From NCBI GenBank assembly GCA_030141605.1, contig JAQGDQ010000489.1, forward strand, positions 1-64,000: 64,000 bases of DNA, in the 5' to 3' direction. The first letter of the stretch is position 1. Every line of letters starts with the position of its first letter. The stretch comes from Tubiluchus corallicola (lineage: Eukaryota; Animalia; Priapulida). The translations under genes were made by a program, and so were the position numbers. The notes under the pieces are model-generated. The model ran no database searches. It saw nothing but the letters and a program-made list of their open reading frames with translations, and was not told the DNA's origin. This document shows positions 16,136 through 28,000 of the stretch, in pieces.

Positions 16136-16526
16136 AAAGCGAAAATTGAAGTTCACTGATACTGTAAGATATCCTGTGTGTTGTACTAAAACTAGGCAAG
16201 TTTTAAGATAAAAAGTCAAATTTACCTCTGTGCTCACACTTGAGCTGTCGAATGTATGTAGTTCGTCACAAACTAACACATCTGAACTGAGAGGTACAGC
16301 ACCTATTTTTGTGCAATGCGTTTCCGAAATGCAGGCGCTAGTGCCCGTCTAACTATTGAATGGCGAAATGCATCTAATAGTGAAGAACCAGCAGCGCGAA
16401 CACGAAATTGTGTTTGTGTGATAATAATTCTTTCACGTAAGTCATCTTTGAAAAATAAGTTTCCTTTCATTATTTTAAAGAGCAGATTGTTTTGACCTTC
16501 ATTTTAAGATTGGATCCGGCTTTGCT
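16136..16526. mobile_element. Right half of a Kolobok-like MITE
   Basis: Direct match to 53320-53726; ends GGATCCGGCTTTGCT|TTAA. Confidence 0.75.
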
Positions 16527-18776
16527 TTAAGCGTAATTATAATGACAATGATAACATAATCAGTTCCTCCCTCAAACGGTTCCAGAAGCTCCATCTGTCG
16601 TAAGTTTTAAAAAAGGGCGTTTTAGTTACTGCATTGAAGAATTTTACTCGAAATTTACAAATTTCAATTTAAAAGTTCTCGCTAAGAATTATGTTGCAAT
16701 GTGCATGGCTTCTAAAACCAGAAACTTTGTTTTTTATATAATCATATGCTTCACTTGCAATCTTAATATCTCCACAGAATAAGGATGGTTTCATTAGACG
16801 ACCTCTTTTGGTCTTTCACCGTCCTTTTTCCACGCTTAAGTAACTTATTTATTATATTAATTTATGCGTTTTGATATAATACTATGGAAACAAAATCTGA
16901 ATATCAAAATACGAACCGTATTTCTTTTTTTTAAATCTATTTCTGTTCATTTTAGCAACTGAATTTAAACCTCAAAGCTTTTAAACTTTTACTTAGTTCT
17001 TTTTTTGATAATTTTGTAACTACGGTATGTATAGTTTAATATGTATATCACATTTTGCGTTTTTTATATTAATATTTTGTAAAGTTTTAGTACACTCGAC
17101 GTGGATATAAAAGCGTCTATGGCTAATTCTTGCTGTCGAGTTTAAATAAAGATTTTATCGTATCACCCAGGCGACAAGAAAATGACTTGGGTAGAGGGTA
17201 TAGCGGTTTCAAACGTACAAAGAAATTTGGTCACAGCTAAATTTTCTGAATTACAAGACACCTGAAACCACAGACGGCTGGTTCATTTTGAAAATTTGTA
17301 AGAATAAAACTACAGTATAAATTTTTACGACAATTTCTAATTCAAGTTTACGTTGTGGAATAAAAAAAAGTTTGGACAAAATATACGTAAAGTTTACACA
17401 CATTTACAATATAGGAAATACAATTTGACATTTTTCAAATTTGAAAATTTTGTAAATATTTAATACAGGTATTTCATACTGAAAGAAAAAGTTCTCTCTT
17501 ATTAATAGGCACTAGATGTAAGCGAAGTACAATTTGTCTTATTTTTTCTGCATACTTTTAAACAAATCGGTTATTTTTTCCATAGCATTTGTTAAGGCTA
17601 TGTATGACAATAATTTTAAATAAAGCATTAAACGATCAGAAAAAGAAAAAACGAAATTTTTATTAGAGTAGAATGAGTCTATTTTGCTGTTTATTTAGGT
17701 TAAACAAAAGACCATTAATGGCATCAACTTATGTAAATAAAAAACATTGTGCAATAATGAATAAAAAGTAACAGTCAGTCACACTTAACAAACTGGTACC
17801 ATCTAAAAAAGTATCAGAAAACTATTGCTTCAACCATACTGGGGTGTGCGATTACCAACGATTACTTCATCTTGGCGCCAACACTGATTTCCACTATTGC
17901 CACTTTAACCTCGCGTGTTGTTAAGAAAGCCGAAAAATATAAGTTACTATTAATTTATAAACTAGATTGTAGAAATTTACATAAATTATTATGTACATGC
18001 GCGCAGATTACGAGTTAACCATTATTAATAATATTAATAATAATAATAATAATATCAGACATCACCTAAGGTAAACAAACTAATATGGATACATAACAAA
18101 TGAAGTGTCGCCGCTGTAAACCATTACAGAGTGCTTCTTAACGAATATTTTTCCATTAAACGTAAACGAAACAACCTCATCATTCCAGCTAACAGGCAAT
18201 TTAACAGCTTCAGAAATTTACAGACATTACAAAAGTTTAAAAATTATTCTTTTACGTTCACTGGAATGACTTATTTTACTTGCACTTGCTTTACAATAAT
18301 TTTTAGTAAATGCTATATTATGTGTAATAAATACAATAATAAATTGAACCTAATGTTAATATTTGTGCATAAAGTCTACCTTTCACCATTATTACAGGTT
18401 TGCATGACATTTACAGTGTAGTTACATTATAATAACAGATCATAATGGCATACTCCATTGAATTTCACATCGACGCATCTTGACGAAAAAAATAAACATG
18501 CCTTGTGTTAGATTGTTAAAAAAGTACATGCAGTACATCAGTGTCAACTCTTTCGCCCCACTTATACGAGGACATATGAAAATCTTGTTTGGTAATGCAT
18601 AGAAGATGATCACGTTCATGAATTCATCTCACGTTATCACTTGTGCAATAAAAAATATCACGTCATGCATACAGTCAGATCACAGGAGTTGTAACAGCAG
18701 GGCCACGAGGAATATATTGACCGACACGGTTGCATCACAGCAGCCCCGGGGCGTTGGATCCGTATTGGATAGGCCT

Positions 18777-18887
18777 TCAACCCGTCCAACCCGCTTTCAA
18801 TTCTGTTCTCGCGTCACGATGAGCGGGCGCAAACTGTGACGCGAGACCCGCGGTCGGGTAAACATTGTCGGTTGTGCCGCTGCCCAA
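18777..18887 (-). CDS. RhoGEF putative last coding exon
   Basis: ttttcctag|LGSGTTDNVYPTAGLASQFAPAHRDARTELKAGWTG*; phase 0; GC-richer than its flanks; AATAAA on the - strand at 17690-17695 and 17659-17664. Confidence 0.6.
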   Translation of the reverse strand: MGSGTTDNVYPTAGLASQFAPAHRDARTELKAGWTG

Positions 18888-21800
18888 CTAGGAAAATCAA
18901 AATTGTGCATAATCTCAAGTAAAAATAAAAAAAATCAATATGTACATACATAAACTAACCGTGTATTTACAAGCAAAAGGCGTGTTAAGGCAAATTATAG
19001 GCACATGAAATAGCGAGTGTTACAAGTGACTAACTTCATATCGATCTGACTGACTTATGACTTGATCAGGTGGCGCTGAACGACCGCCACCCCTGCCTCG
19101 CTTTTTCTTCTTCTGTTTCTTATTTTTTCGTTTTGCTCCGCTACCGCTCTGACTGCCGCCGCCATCCGGACCGGAAGACGATTGTTCCATCGGAGTGCTA
19201 TCACTTGTCGACTTTCCAGATTCCTTAGCACCTCCCGTGGTGATGTTCCCGGGAGCAGCAGCTTCAGTAACATGCTTCGCACTGGCGGCATCGTTTTTTT
19301 GTTCAGCTACCACAGCTGAAAGATCATCTCTGATTTCATGCAGATCCTTAACTACGCCTTCAAGATGTGATTCGATATCTTCTCTCTTGACATCATCACC
19401 TTCTTGTTTTTCCACTTCAACTAGTGCGGTCAAGTCGTCTTGTTGTGTATTTACATTTTCCTGGTCATGCTGTGTGCTATCTGTTTCTGGAGGACATACA
19501 GCAGGTTCACTACGGTCGCACGTCAGTGACTCACTATTTGCGTGTTCACTACTCGCCTCACGTTTCTCGCTAGAGTAAGAAACGTCGCAACTTTCTCGTT
19601 CTTGTAACTGAACCGTCACACAGAAGTCGGACGACCGTCGCTTCTCTGACTCCCAACTCTCCGACGATTCCCCGGGATTATCGGGTTCGCGTTGTTGCTG
19701 TTCCGGAGAAACTACAATACGTTCTACAGTATAGTCTTCATCCTCACCGGGTGCGCTCTGATCGATATGTACAGGAACAACAAGATCAATATCGTCCACT
19801 TCCTGATCAACACCTTTAAATGTAATTTCTTCATCAGGTTCCGTCGGTTCGGAAGTTTCTGCAATGTCAACATCATCACTAGCACGATTATCTGTTTGTG
19901 CATTGTCACCTGGAACAATAAGAGCATTCAGAAGCCGCGATGCATCGGAAATCTCAGCATTTTCACAGTCTTCCGCAACTAGTAGATCTTTGCCTTTCAC
20001 TATTTGTTCTAACTCTGCCTCACATTCAACCAGGATGTTATCTGTATCGACTGCATCGGATACATTCTCAGCTTCCAACGCGATGTCGGTTATTATGTTG
20101 CTGAAAGCTGGTTCGGCAGTGTTTTCGGACGTGCCGCCGGGTGGTAATGTCTCTGCTGGAACATCGGGAAGCGAACAGTTAATTGGATTTTCAGATAAAT
20201 CGCCACTGGTAACTTTATACATGTCTGCACGATCCATTTTAGCATCAGGGACACTATCAGTTTCTTGTTCACTGTCAGCTACCTTAAGGTTTGTCTCAAT
20301 AAGTGGCGATTCTTCAATGGGACCAAATGGCTCGGCCGCAGATTCCTCGACGCACATGTCCACAGGTGCGGCAGCAGTTTGTTGATCATCATCGACTTTC
20401 ACATCTTGGATGTCTTCCACTAAAGTTGTATCTTCCAAGTTTGATTCATCTCCTAACGCATTCTCTCCAAAGTGAGCACCATCTCCTGAAAGAACGGGTT
20501 TTTCTTCGTCAACTGTAAGTTCAGCTGAATGTTCTGCACATGTCACACAATCGCTCTCCACTAGTTTTTCTACGTTTCCTGTTTCCATTTCAGCATCCGC
20601 TTCTTCCGCAGTTTTAGCATCGTCTGCATCAGCATCGACAGACTTTCTATCAGCATCTTCCTCATCCCACGAATAATCGTCAATGTTGGTACGAGGAATG
20701 TCATCATTTTCTCCAGCATTTGCATCATCAGTGCAGGAGTTGTCTGGCGGGGCCGTTATTTCCGACGATTCGGCACAGCCGTCTACGGCGACAACCGGTG
20801 CAGCTTCAATCGGAGTACCATCGCTAGTTCGTAATATGGGATCGTCGGTGCGACGCAAAGGCACATGTGAGGGAAAAACTTCCTTTGTTTCGACATACTC
20901 TGTAAAATGATTTGTATTTCATTAATTAGAAGCTTAAAAAACACCAAATTATTATTATTAACTTTACAACTCATAATTCACTTTAACATTATCACATAGT
21001 GACCAAGTAGAGGAACTAGATGTGACAGACTGACTGAAGGAACAAAGTCCCACAATTCGCCTGCAAACTGTCGAACGATTGCTTTGCTATCCGGGATATC
21101 AGTTTAACTGTATTTATTGCGACCATTATTGTCACAGTGCGACAATAATCCTCAGACCAAGACAAAACCAACGAATGCAACGGTCAAGAAGGAAATCCTG
21201 AAACTTGTCTAGAACAGGGAGGGGTGACCGCACTTCTTCAGCTTGCGAGCTACTTAAAAGTGACCAGTACTATAAAGATGCAAAGCACACGTTTGTTCAC
21301 GAAAATATTGTGTGCACATAAATTCTTATGTGTACAATATAAGTTAGTGTACGTTGACTAACTGCATGAAGCCTAATTGCACAATAGAACATTTTTAGGT
21401 TCTTTTTGCTCCAGGCTCCCCACTCATTTTTATACCCTTTCTTAAGTTTAGCTGAAATAAATGACAGGCTAACTTGCTGGCTTGCTTAAATTTTGCAGCA
21501 CCAAGAAGACGACTGGGCTGACCTCCCTGCCCGATAATACAGGCGTTGAGATTGGCTGGCTGTTCTTCACACCAGCCAATCAGTTTGCTTCTTGCATTTC
21601 TTGCAAATTTGCGTGTTTCGATAGTGGCTTCCGTGATTGTGTGTTCCGTAATTTTCTGTGTTCTGTGATTTTACAACCGAATTTTGTGTTCCAAGTCAGC
21701 ATCGTGAAATATCACCAAGTCCGATAGTAACATTAATTAAAATTTCCTTAGCGAGTTTGTTTCCTCCCAACCTCGGAAGCAGTGAATCGGCCACTGAAAC

Positions 21801-24800
21801 TGGTGAAAACAACCAGTAAAGTATATAAACTAGTTACTTTCTTTTTTACACTTTTGAAAAATAAGCTCACCCAAATAAGTGCAATCTACCCACGCTATGT
21901 TTGCGATCGACCGACAGATCGCAATTGACGTAATGGGCACCCCTGGTCTGGAACTTCCCCACCTTCAGCACTAGTTGAAAATGCAAGTTAATACACTCAC
22001 CGGTGTCGTCGCTGGAAATGTGTAGATCGTTATTGACGCCAGCCAGTTCCGATACTGTTGAAGCAATGGATATGTAACTATTTGGACGGCTCTCTGTAGG
22101 TGCATGTAAAGCCAGCACTTGATTAAGTTTCTTCAGTTCGCTCTGTAACACGTGAAGTTCTTTCTCTTTGTCCGCTATGACGTTCTAAAAAAACACGAGT
22201 AATTAGTTATTAATTTAAGTTTTAATAAGCAGGGCCCTTATACAGTTTTTTAGCACAAAATCAGGGATGAGAATGACAAATTGCAAAAAACTCTGAAACA
22301 GGCCAGGGGTTTTGGGGCCACCTAGGCCCCCAGTGGGGTTGAAATTGCAATTTTGTGACCATAGAGAACCTCTAAGTGGACTTAAAATATCAGTTACCTT
22401 GTTTCATGCATAATTTAAAATACCCAACTATCAAGGATACATGATACCTAATTGTCTCAAAATACCTCAGTACTGGCCGCTCCTATGCAAAAGTATATAA
22501 AAACTGTCTGCAATTGACTCAAATAACTCTGCACAATTGATTCTATATTTTTATACATAGAGATATACACGTGATTACATTGATGTACGTCATGTAAACA
22601 AAGTGACGGCCTGCCAACTAGCAGTCAGCTTGTGAAATAATGTACTGGGTCCGTAAAAATTTTCTCAACGAATTTACGTGATTTACAAAAGTGGCACTAC
22701 TGATCTTCCAAAAACTCGGAATTCCGCATATCTGAGGAAAATTCTCATCCCTGCAAAATAGGTTATTTACAATTTGATTCAATGATCGACTAAACCAATT
22801 TGAGAAAGGAACAAATAAAAAACAGTGTAACAAATTCTGCATCGAGTAAAACCTGGCCTACGTTAAAAAACTACAAAGTGAAAAAAATTGCACAGAAATG
22901 GATAGAAAACAAATAGGACCACATCTGATGGAATGCCTTCCCTTCGCTTTTATACCACTAGAAATAAGGCAGCATTCTTAATTATAGACGTGCTTTGTTT
23001 ACACAATTCTGCATTTTGTAACATGGGATTCAGCACTCAAAAGGACGAATTACATAAAATAAATGATAGTGGCGGGATTGAACCTAGGTGGTTATACAGA
23101 ATTATCCGTGATGTGACACTGAAACGGTAGATGTTCATCCACCATCATGACTGGACATGTATTTGTCATCCAAGAAACAGCCAAATATCAGACCAGCTGA
23201 CACAGATACAGTTTTCATGATGGTCACCCATCCAACAGCTAACCCAGTGCTGCTTAACTCAACAGTCAGGCACACACAGTCAGTGAAGGTACACGAAACT
23301 TCTCAAGAGAACGCTCGCTGTTCATTTAAGAGAAGATCAAAGCATCGAAATGTCTTACCAGAAGCTGACTCAGGTTGGCATTGAGGGACGTGGTAATGGT
23401 GGTCAGGTCTTTGTTCACCGACGTTGTTGGCTGTTCTTCCTTCAGCTGTTCACTTGACGGGCTCTTGCTTACTAACGATGTCAAACGATTAGCTGTAACA
23501 CAAGGAGGGGTAAATTGTAAAACAACAACAAATAAAATAATTACGTTAAGAATGAAATAATGAAAGCTGACAAGGTCACCGAAAGCTACATTCTTCATAT
23601 TACGGCAATAATACAGTAGGTACGTCAACCACTGGTGCAAAACTAAGCTAATCATCTTAAACATCTTACGACAAACGAGATACAGCCACTTTAAGTTTAA
23701 TTGTTGTCTGTTCCGTTTTGCTAAATTTAAATTCATGACAAAACATTGGATAAACCCATGAACCATTCACATCAGGGCTGTGCAAATTGCGGCCCGCCGA
23801 GAGAATTTGTGCGGCCCGCGAAGAGATTTGTCAACCTAATGAAAGTGCGGCCCGGGCGATTAATTGAGTGTATCCAGCTGAAGTCCGTGCCACGATTCCA
23901 AAGATAGTGCGGGTAGTTTTTTCTACTAGATCGGATGCCATTAACCCTTACAAGACGGCTGTAGATTAATGTCACTGTACTACACAGACTGTGTGATACA
24001 CATTACTAATATGCATTGTAATAAGATTACCACTATCTGTCCTGAAAGTAGAAATATATGGTTTGTAATATAAATTTTAATAACTTCTAAAATAGTTTCT
24101 TGAGTGTAGTAGTGATGATGTACGCAGGTCGGATGCAAAAAAAAATCGTTATTAGGCCTTTCTGTACTTGGCTCCTTGATCAAACTGCCTGTGGCCCTCA
24201 GGAATTGCGGGAAAGTTTAAAGTGGCCCGGCTAGTCTGATAATTTGCACACCCCTGGCTTACATGATTAACTAACACACACAATACAATGGCAGGAAATT
24301 ATTCTTTTGTTCAAATAAGCAATTTTTCTTAATACAGAACAAATAAATGGCAGTTTATAAGCAAGATGTAATAAAAAGATTTCGTGTTTTAACATGTTAC
24401 TGTGTGGCCATGATGTTTAATCAGACACTTGCTATCTATTTTACCTTGCAAAACGGAGTCTAGGATTAATTCGCGTGCATCTTTGTCTTCATCTAATCCT
24501 GCCATCTACAGGACACAAAACATACTATTAACCGACAATGTTTATCAAAGACAAATGAAGCAAAACTGCCTGTACTAATCACAACACTGAGTTACTCTAA
24601 TCTGTCACAAGCTAGTGGAAAAGCTGCACAATTTAGCAGGAAAACTAGCATCATCAGCGAGTAGTTTACATTTTGTTGCCATGGCTACGACTAACTGGAG
24701 AGCCGTTTTTGTACCATTTAAGGATACCATTTATCTACTAATGCGCACCTGAACAGTTCTGTAGATCTTCAAGTGATTACCTGAACAATGTAAAAACGAT

Positions 24801-25023
24801 AACCAGCAAACTACCACAATTAAAAGCAAAATCGCAGAATGTATCTATTTGGCATTCGCGTCCCTTCACCCATGATCAGCGGCGGCTCGTGTATAGGCAC
24901 TGTGGAACCGCAGCACCCCCTACTTTCACTCGATATTATCGATAATTTTCAATATAAAGGGTCTTTTTTCTTTAATTCTTTTCGCTTGTATGCTCACACA
25001 GGGTGTGTGCCATTAGTTGCCAC

Positions 25024-25058
<35 letters not shown>

Positions 25059-28000
25059 TAATAATAATAATCTTTATTTAAAGTCGGCTTTTGGGTCAAC
25101 AATTAACATTAGCTCAAAGAGCTATTATCGCCGACTGTAAATAACAACCTACAACTACATAACAGAGACTATTATTACCCCACTTTTACCCTAAATACCA
25201 CGCGTCAGACAGGGCAACAGCAGGTGCCATTTTTAAAGTTGTTGGTATGACCCGGCCGCTGCTTTGAACTCACGACCTCCCAGACGGAAAGCAGACACAT
25301 TACCACTAGACTAATCCGCCTGGTACATGCTTAAAAACCGTGTACTGGCATATTTTCGAATCTGATAAAGCGTAGAACTAGATTTGAACTCAGCGTGTGC
25401 TGAGCCTAAAATTTGAATAATTCAATCATGGGCACCTTGCATCCCTAAGAAACTTCCGTACGTTTCTTTGTATAAAATTACAACATTAAAATGACATACG
25501 TTTGTTTCGTTTTACACAGTATGAAAACAATGCAAAAATGTTTCTGAAGCAGCACCGCTAATAATTTTAGCCAGGAGCCGCCACTGCTTATAATGTTAAG
25601 TACAAGAGCGTTATTTTTTAGAAAAATAACTTCAAATAAAGATAAAAAAGATTGTTACTCTTGCCATTAATATTGATGCATAAGTATCACGACAACAACA
25701 AGATCGTTCTCATCATCATTATTCCGAAAAACAATATCATTTCATTGGGCCACATCATCCAGCAAACTACCGATGCGGATCACGTGTATCTTAACTGATA
25801 TAAAGTTGATTTAGGGCGTCAAATTTGCATTCTTTCAAATTATGCAGGAATTTAAAAGAGCAGTATACGGCTTGCAAAGACCTATGTAATTAAACATTTG
25901 ACATATAATGATAATGATTACATTCTTGAGTTAACATTGCATGACAGACACGATCTACTTTGCACTCAGAATTGAAATATAATTGAAATATCAATTTCTT
26001 CAATTGTTTTAGCAAGATTGATGCTATACACGTTCCAATGACCTACTATTCCGTAACGTTTTTTCTATTTTGGATTGCATAATTATGCAGTAATAGTAAA
26101 TGTCATAATCTTAAAAGTTTAATAATGTTTCCTCAGTTAAACTGTTAACAGTAAATTTACATGCCCACCAGTGTCCGGTGGTCATTTTCTATGGCCAGTA
26201 AAGGATAGCAGACTAGGTGATCTCTCTACGCAGTTTTCGCTATCCTTTCTCTACTTTGTAACTTCTTTAGTGTAATAATTTTTTGTGACCTACCAATTGA
26301 ACCTGATTGTTCTATAGTTTACAAAAAGAGGTAAATAAATAAAAATTTAAAGTGAAAAAAAAGAAAGAAAATTGAATTGAATTGTCTTCATTAAGAAACA
26401 GAGTTTTCATCTTTTTCACTGCACTCTTACTATCACCAGCGTGCACTAGACAAACGTATGCAGTGTTAGTTACAAAGTTACAAAAATAAATGAACCGTAA
26501 ACTCAGAAAGTGCAAAAAAAACTGGCAAAAAAGAGATGGCAATAACTGAAGAAGAAAGAGAAGTCTGGAAGAGGGCGTATACGAAATGAAGAGTGGCCAG
26601 TACCTCCGCAATGTGCTGAAACTCATGCTCGGGAATGTTTAGCAGCTCGGCGATTATCTTCTCCTTTTCATGCAGCGCATTCCGTATCACCTCATCTACC
26701 TGCCGGAGTTGGGCTAACGAGCAAACAGACAAACGTATTAGTCGAGCAACAATCATGTTAGATCACTGGTTGGCTAACAGGTGGAGCTGCAGTAGGCTAA
26801 AAGGCTCAGAACTGGGAAAGTCAAGTGTTTGCCCAAACCCCGGATTTCATCATGGAAAAACAATATAAGTTTAAAGGAAAAGGCAACATTTAAAATACAC
26901 AGCTTAGCACAGCCCGGTACATTGCTATTTATCAAGTTTGAGAATGCAGTGATGTTTACTTAAGCATAACTTACTGTATACCAATGACACCTTTAATCAT
27001 TTGGGTAAAGAAACAAAATGTTTCAACAAAAGTACACAACAAGAGCGTCTTATTTGAGTCCAGTTGCTTGGAAACTTCTAGAAACAGAGCATTAGTAGTT
27101 TAAAATGTGACACAACAGGGTAAATAACGTGGATACTCTAATGAACAAGCTTAGGCAATTAGCAAGGGCATAAAGAAACCAACACAAGCAACTGTTAGAT
27201 CACACTCCACAGCAGACAATAACATTACGTAAATAAAAACTGCACGTATTGTACAGGTGTGTTCATAAAGTAATTTCACACATACGTAAGTTAATACGCT
27301 ACGTATATGCAACTGTTGACTGTGAATTAGGAGTAGTTTGCTTCTGGGAAAGCTGAAATGTGATTCTGGGGGGAAAAAGGTTACAGTGCTAATTATTTCA
27401 AAATTTTATTAGTAAAAAGGTAAAAACGATATAATCAACACGGAACAAAGTATAGGTTTGAGGTACTATAACTTCGAAAAGCAAAATGTTAAGCATGCCA
27501 ACCAGAATAAAACTTCACTACAATGTTAAAAGAATTAATTCATAGACAAATTTATTTAAATCCAACAAAAAACCTGTTTTGATTATAGGAAAATGGCTAA
27601 CGTTTTCAGATGATAGGCAGGACACATAAACAAGAAATTTAACTAAAGGGCATAGACATTAAAAGGAAAAGTCAAGCCCTCCAGGAAAATTGGGCTTATC
27701 TCAATGTTTGCAAAAATGTTAGAAGAATTTAGTAATACAAGTGTGATAAGCGCCTCGCGCAATTAGGAAAATCACTTTGAACTTATGATCGTTTCAATCT
27801 TGGGCAATTAGCAAAATCACTTTAAAGTTATGATCATTTCAAGCTTGGGCAATTAGCAAAATCACTTTGAAGTTATGACCATTTCAAGCTTAGGCTATCA
27901 GCAAAATCACTTTGAAGTTATGATCATTTCAAGCTTAGGCAATTAGCAAAATCACTTTGAAGTTATGATCATTTCAAGCTTGGGCAATCAGCAAAATCAC

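Noticed and set aside
25255-25324. tRNA gene (also 58243-58312)
   Set aside because: A and B boxes are present, but there is no complete cloverleaf and the sequence continues into a SINE body and tail.
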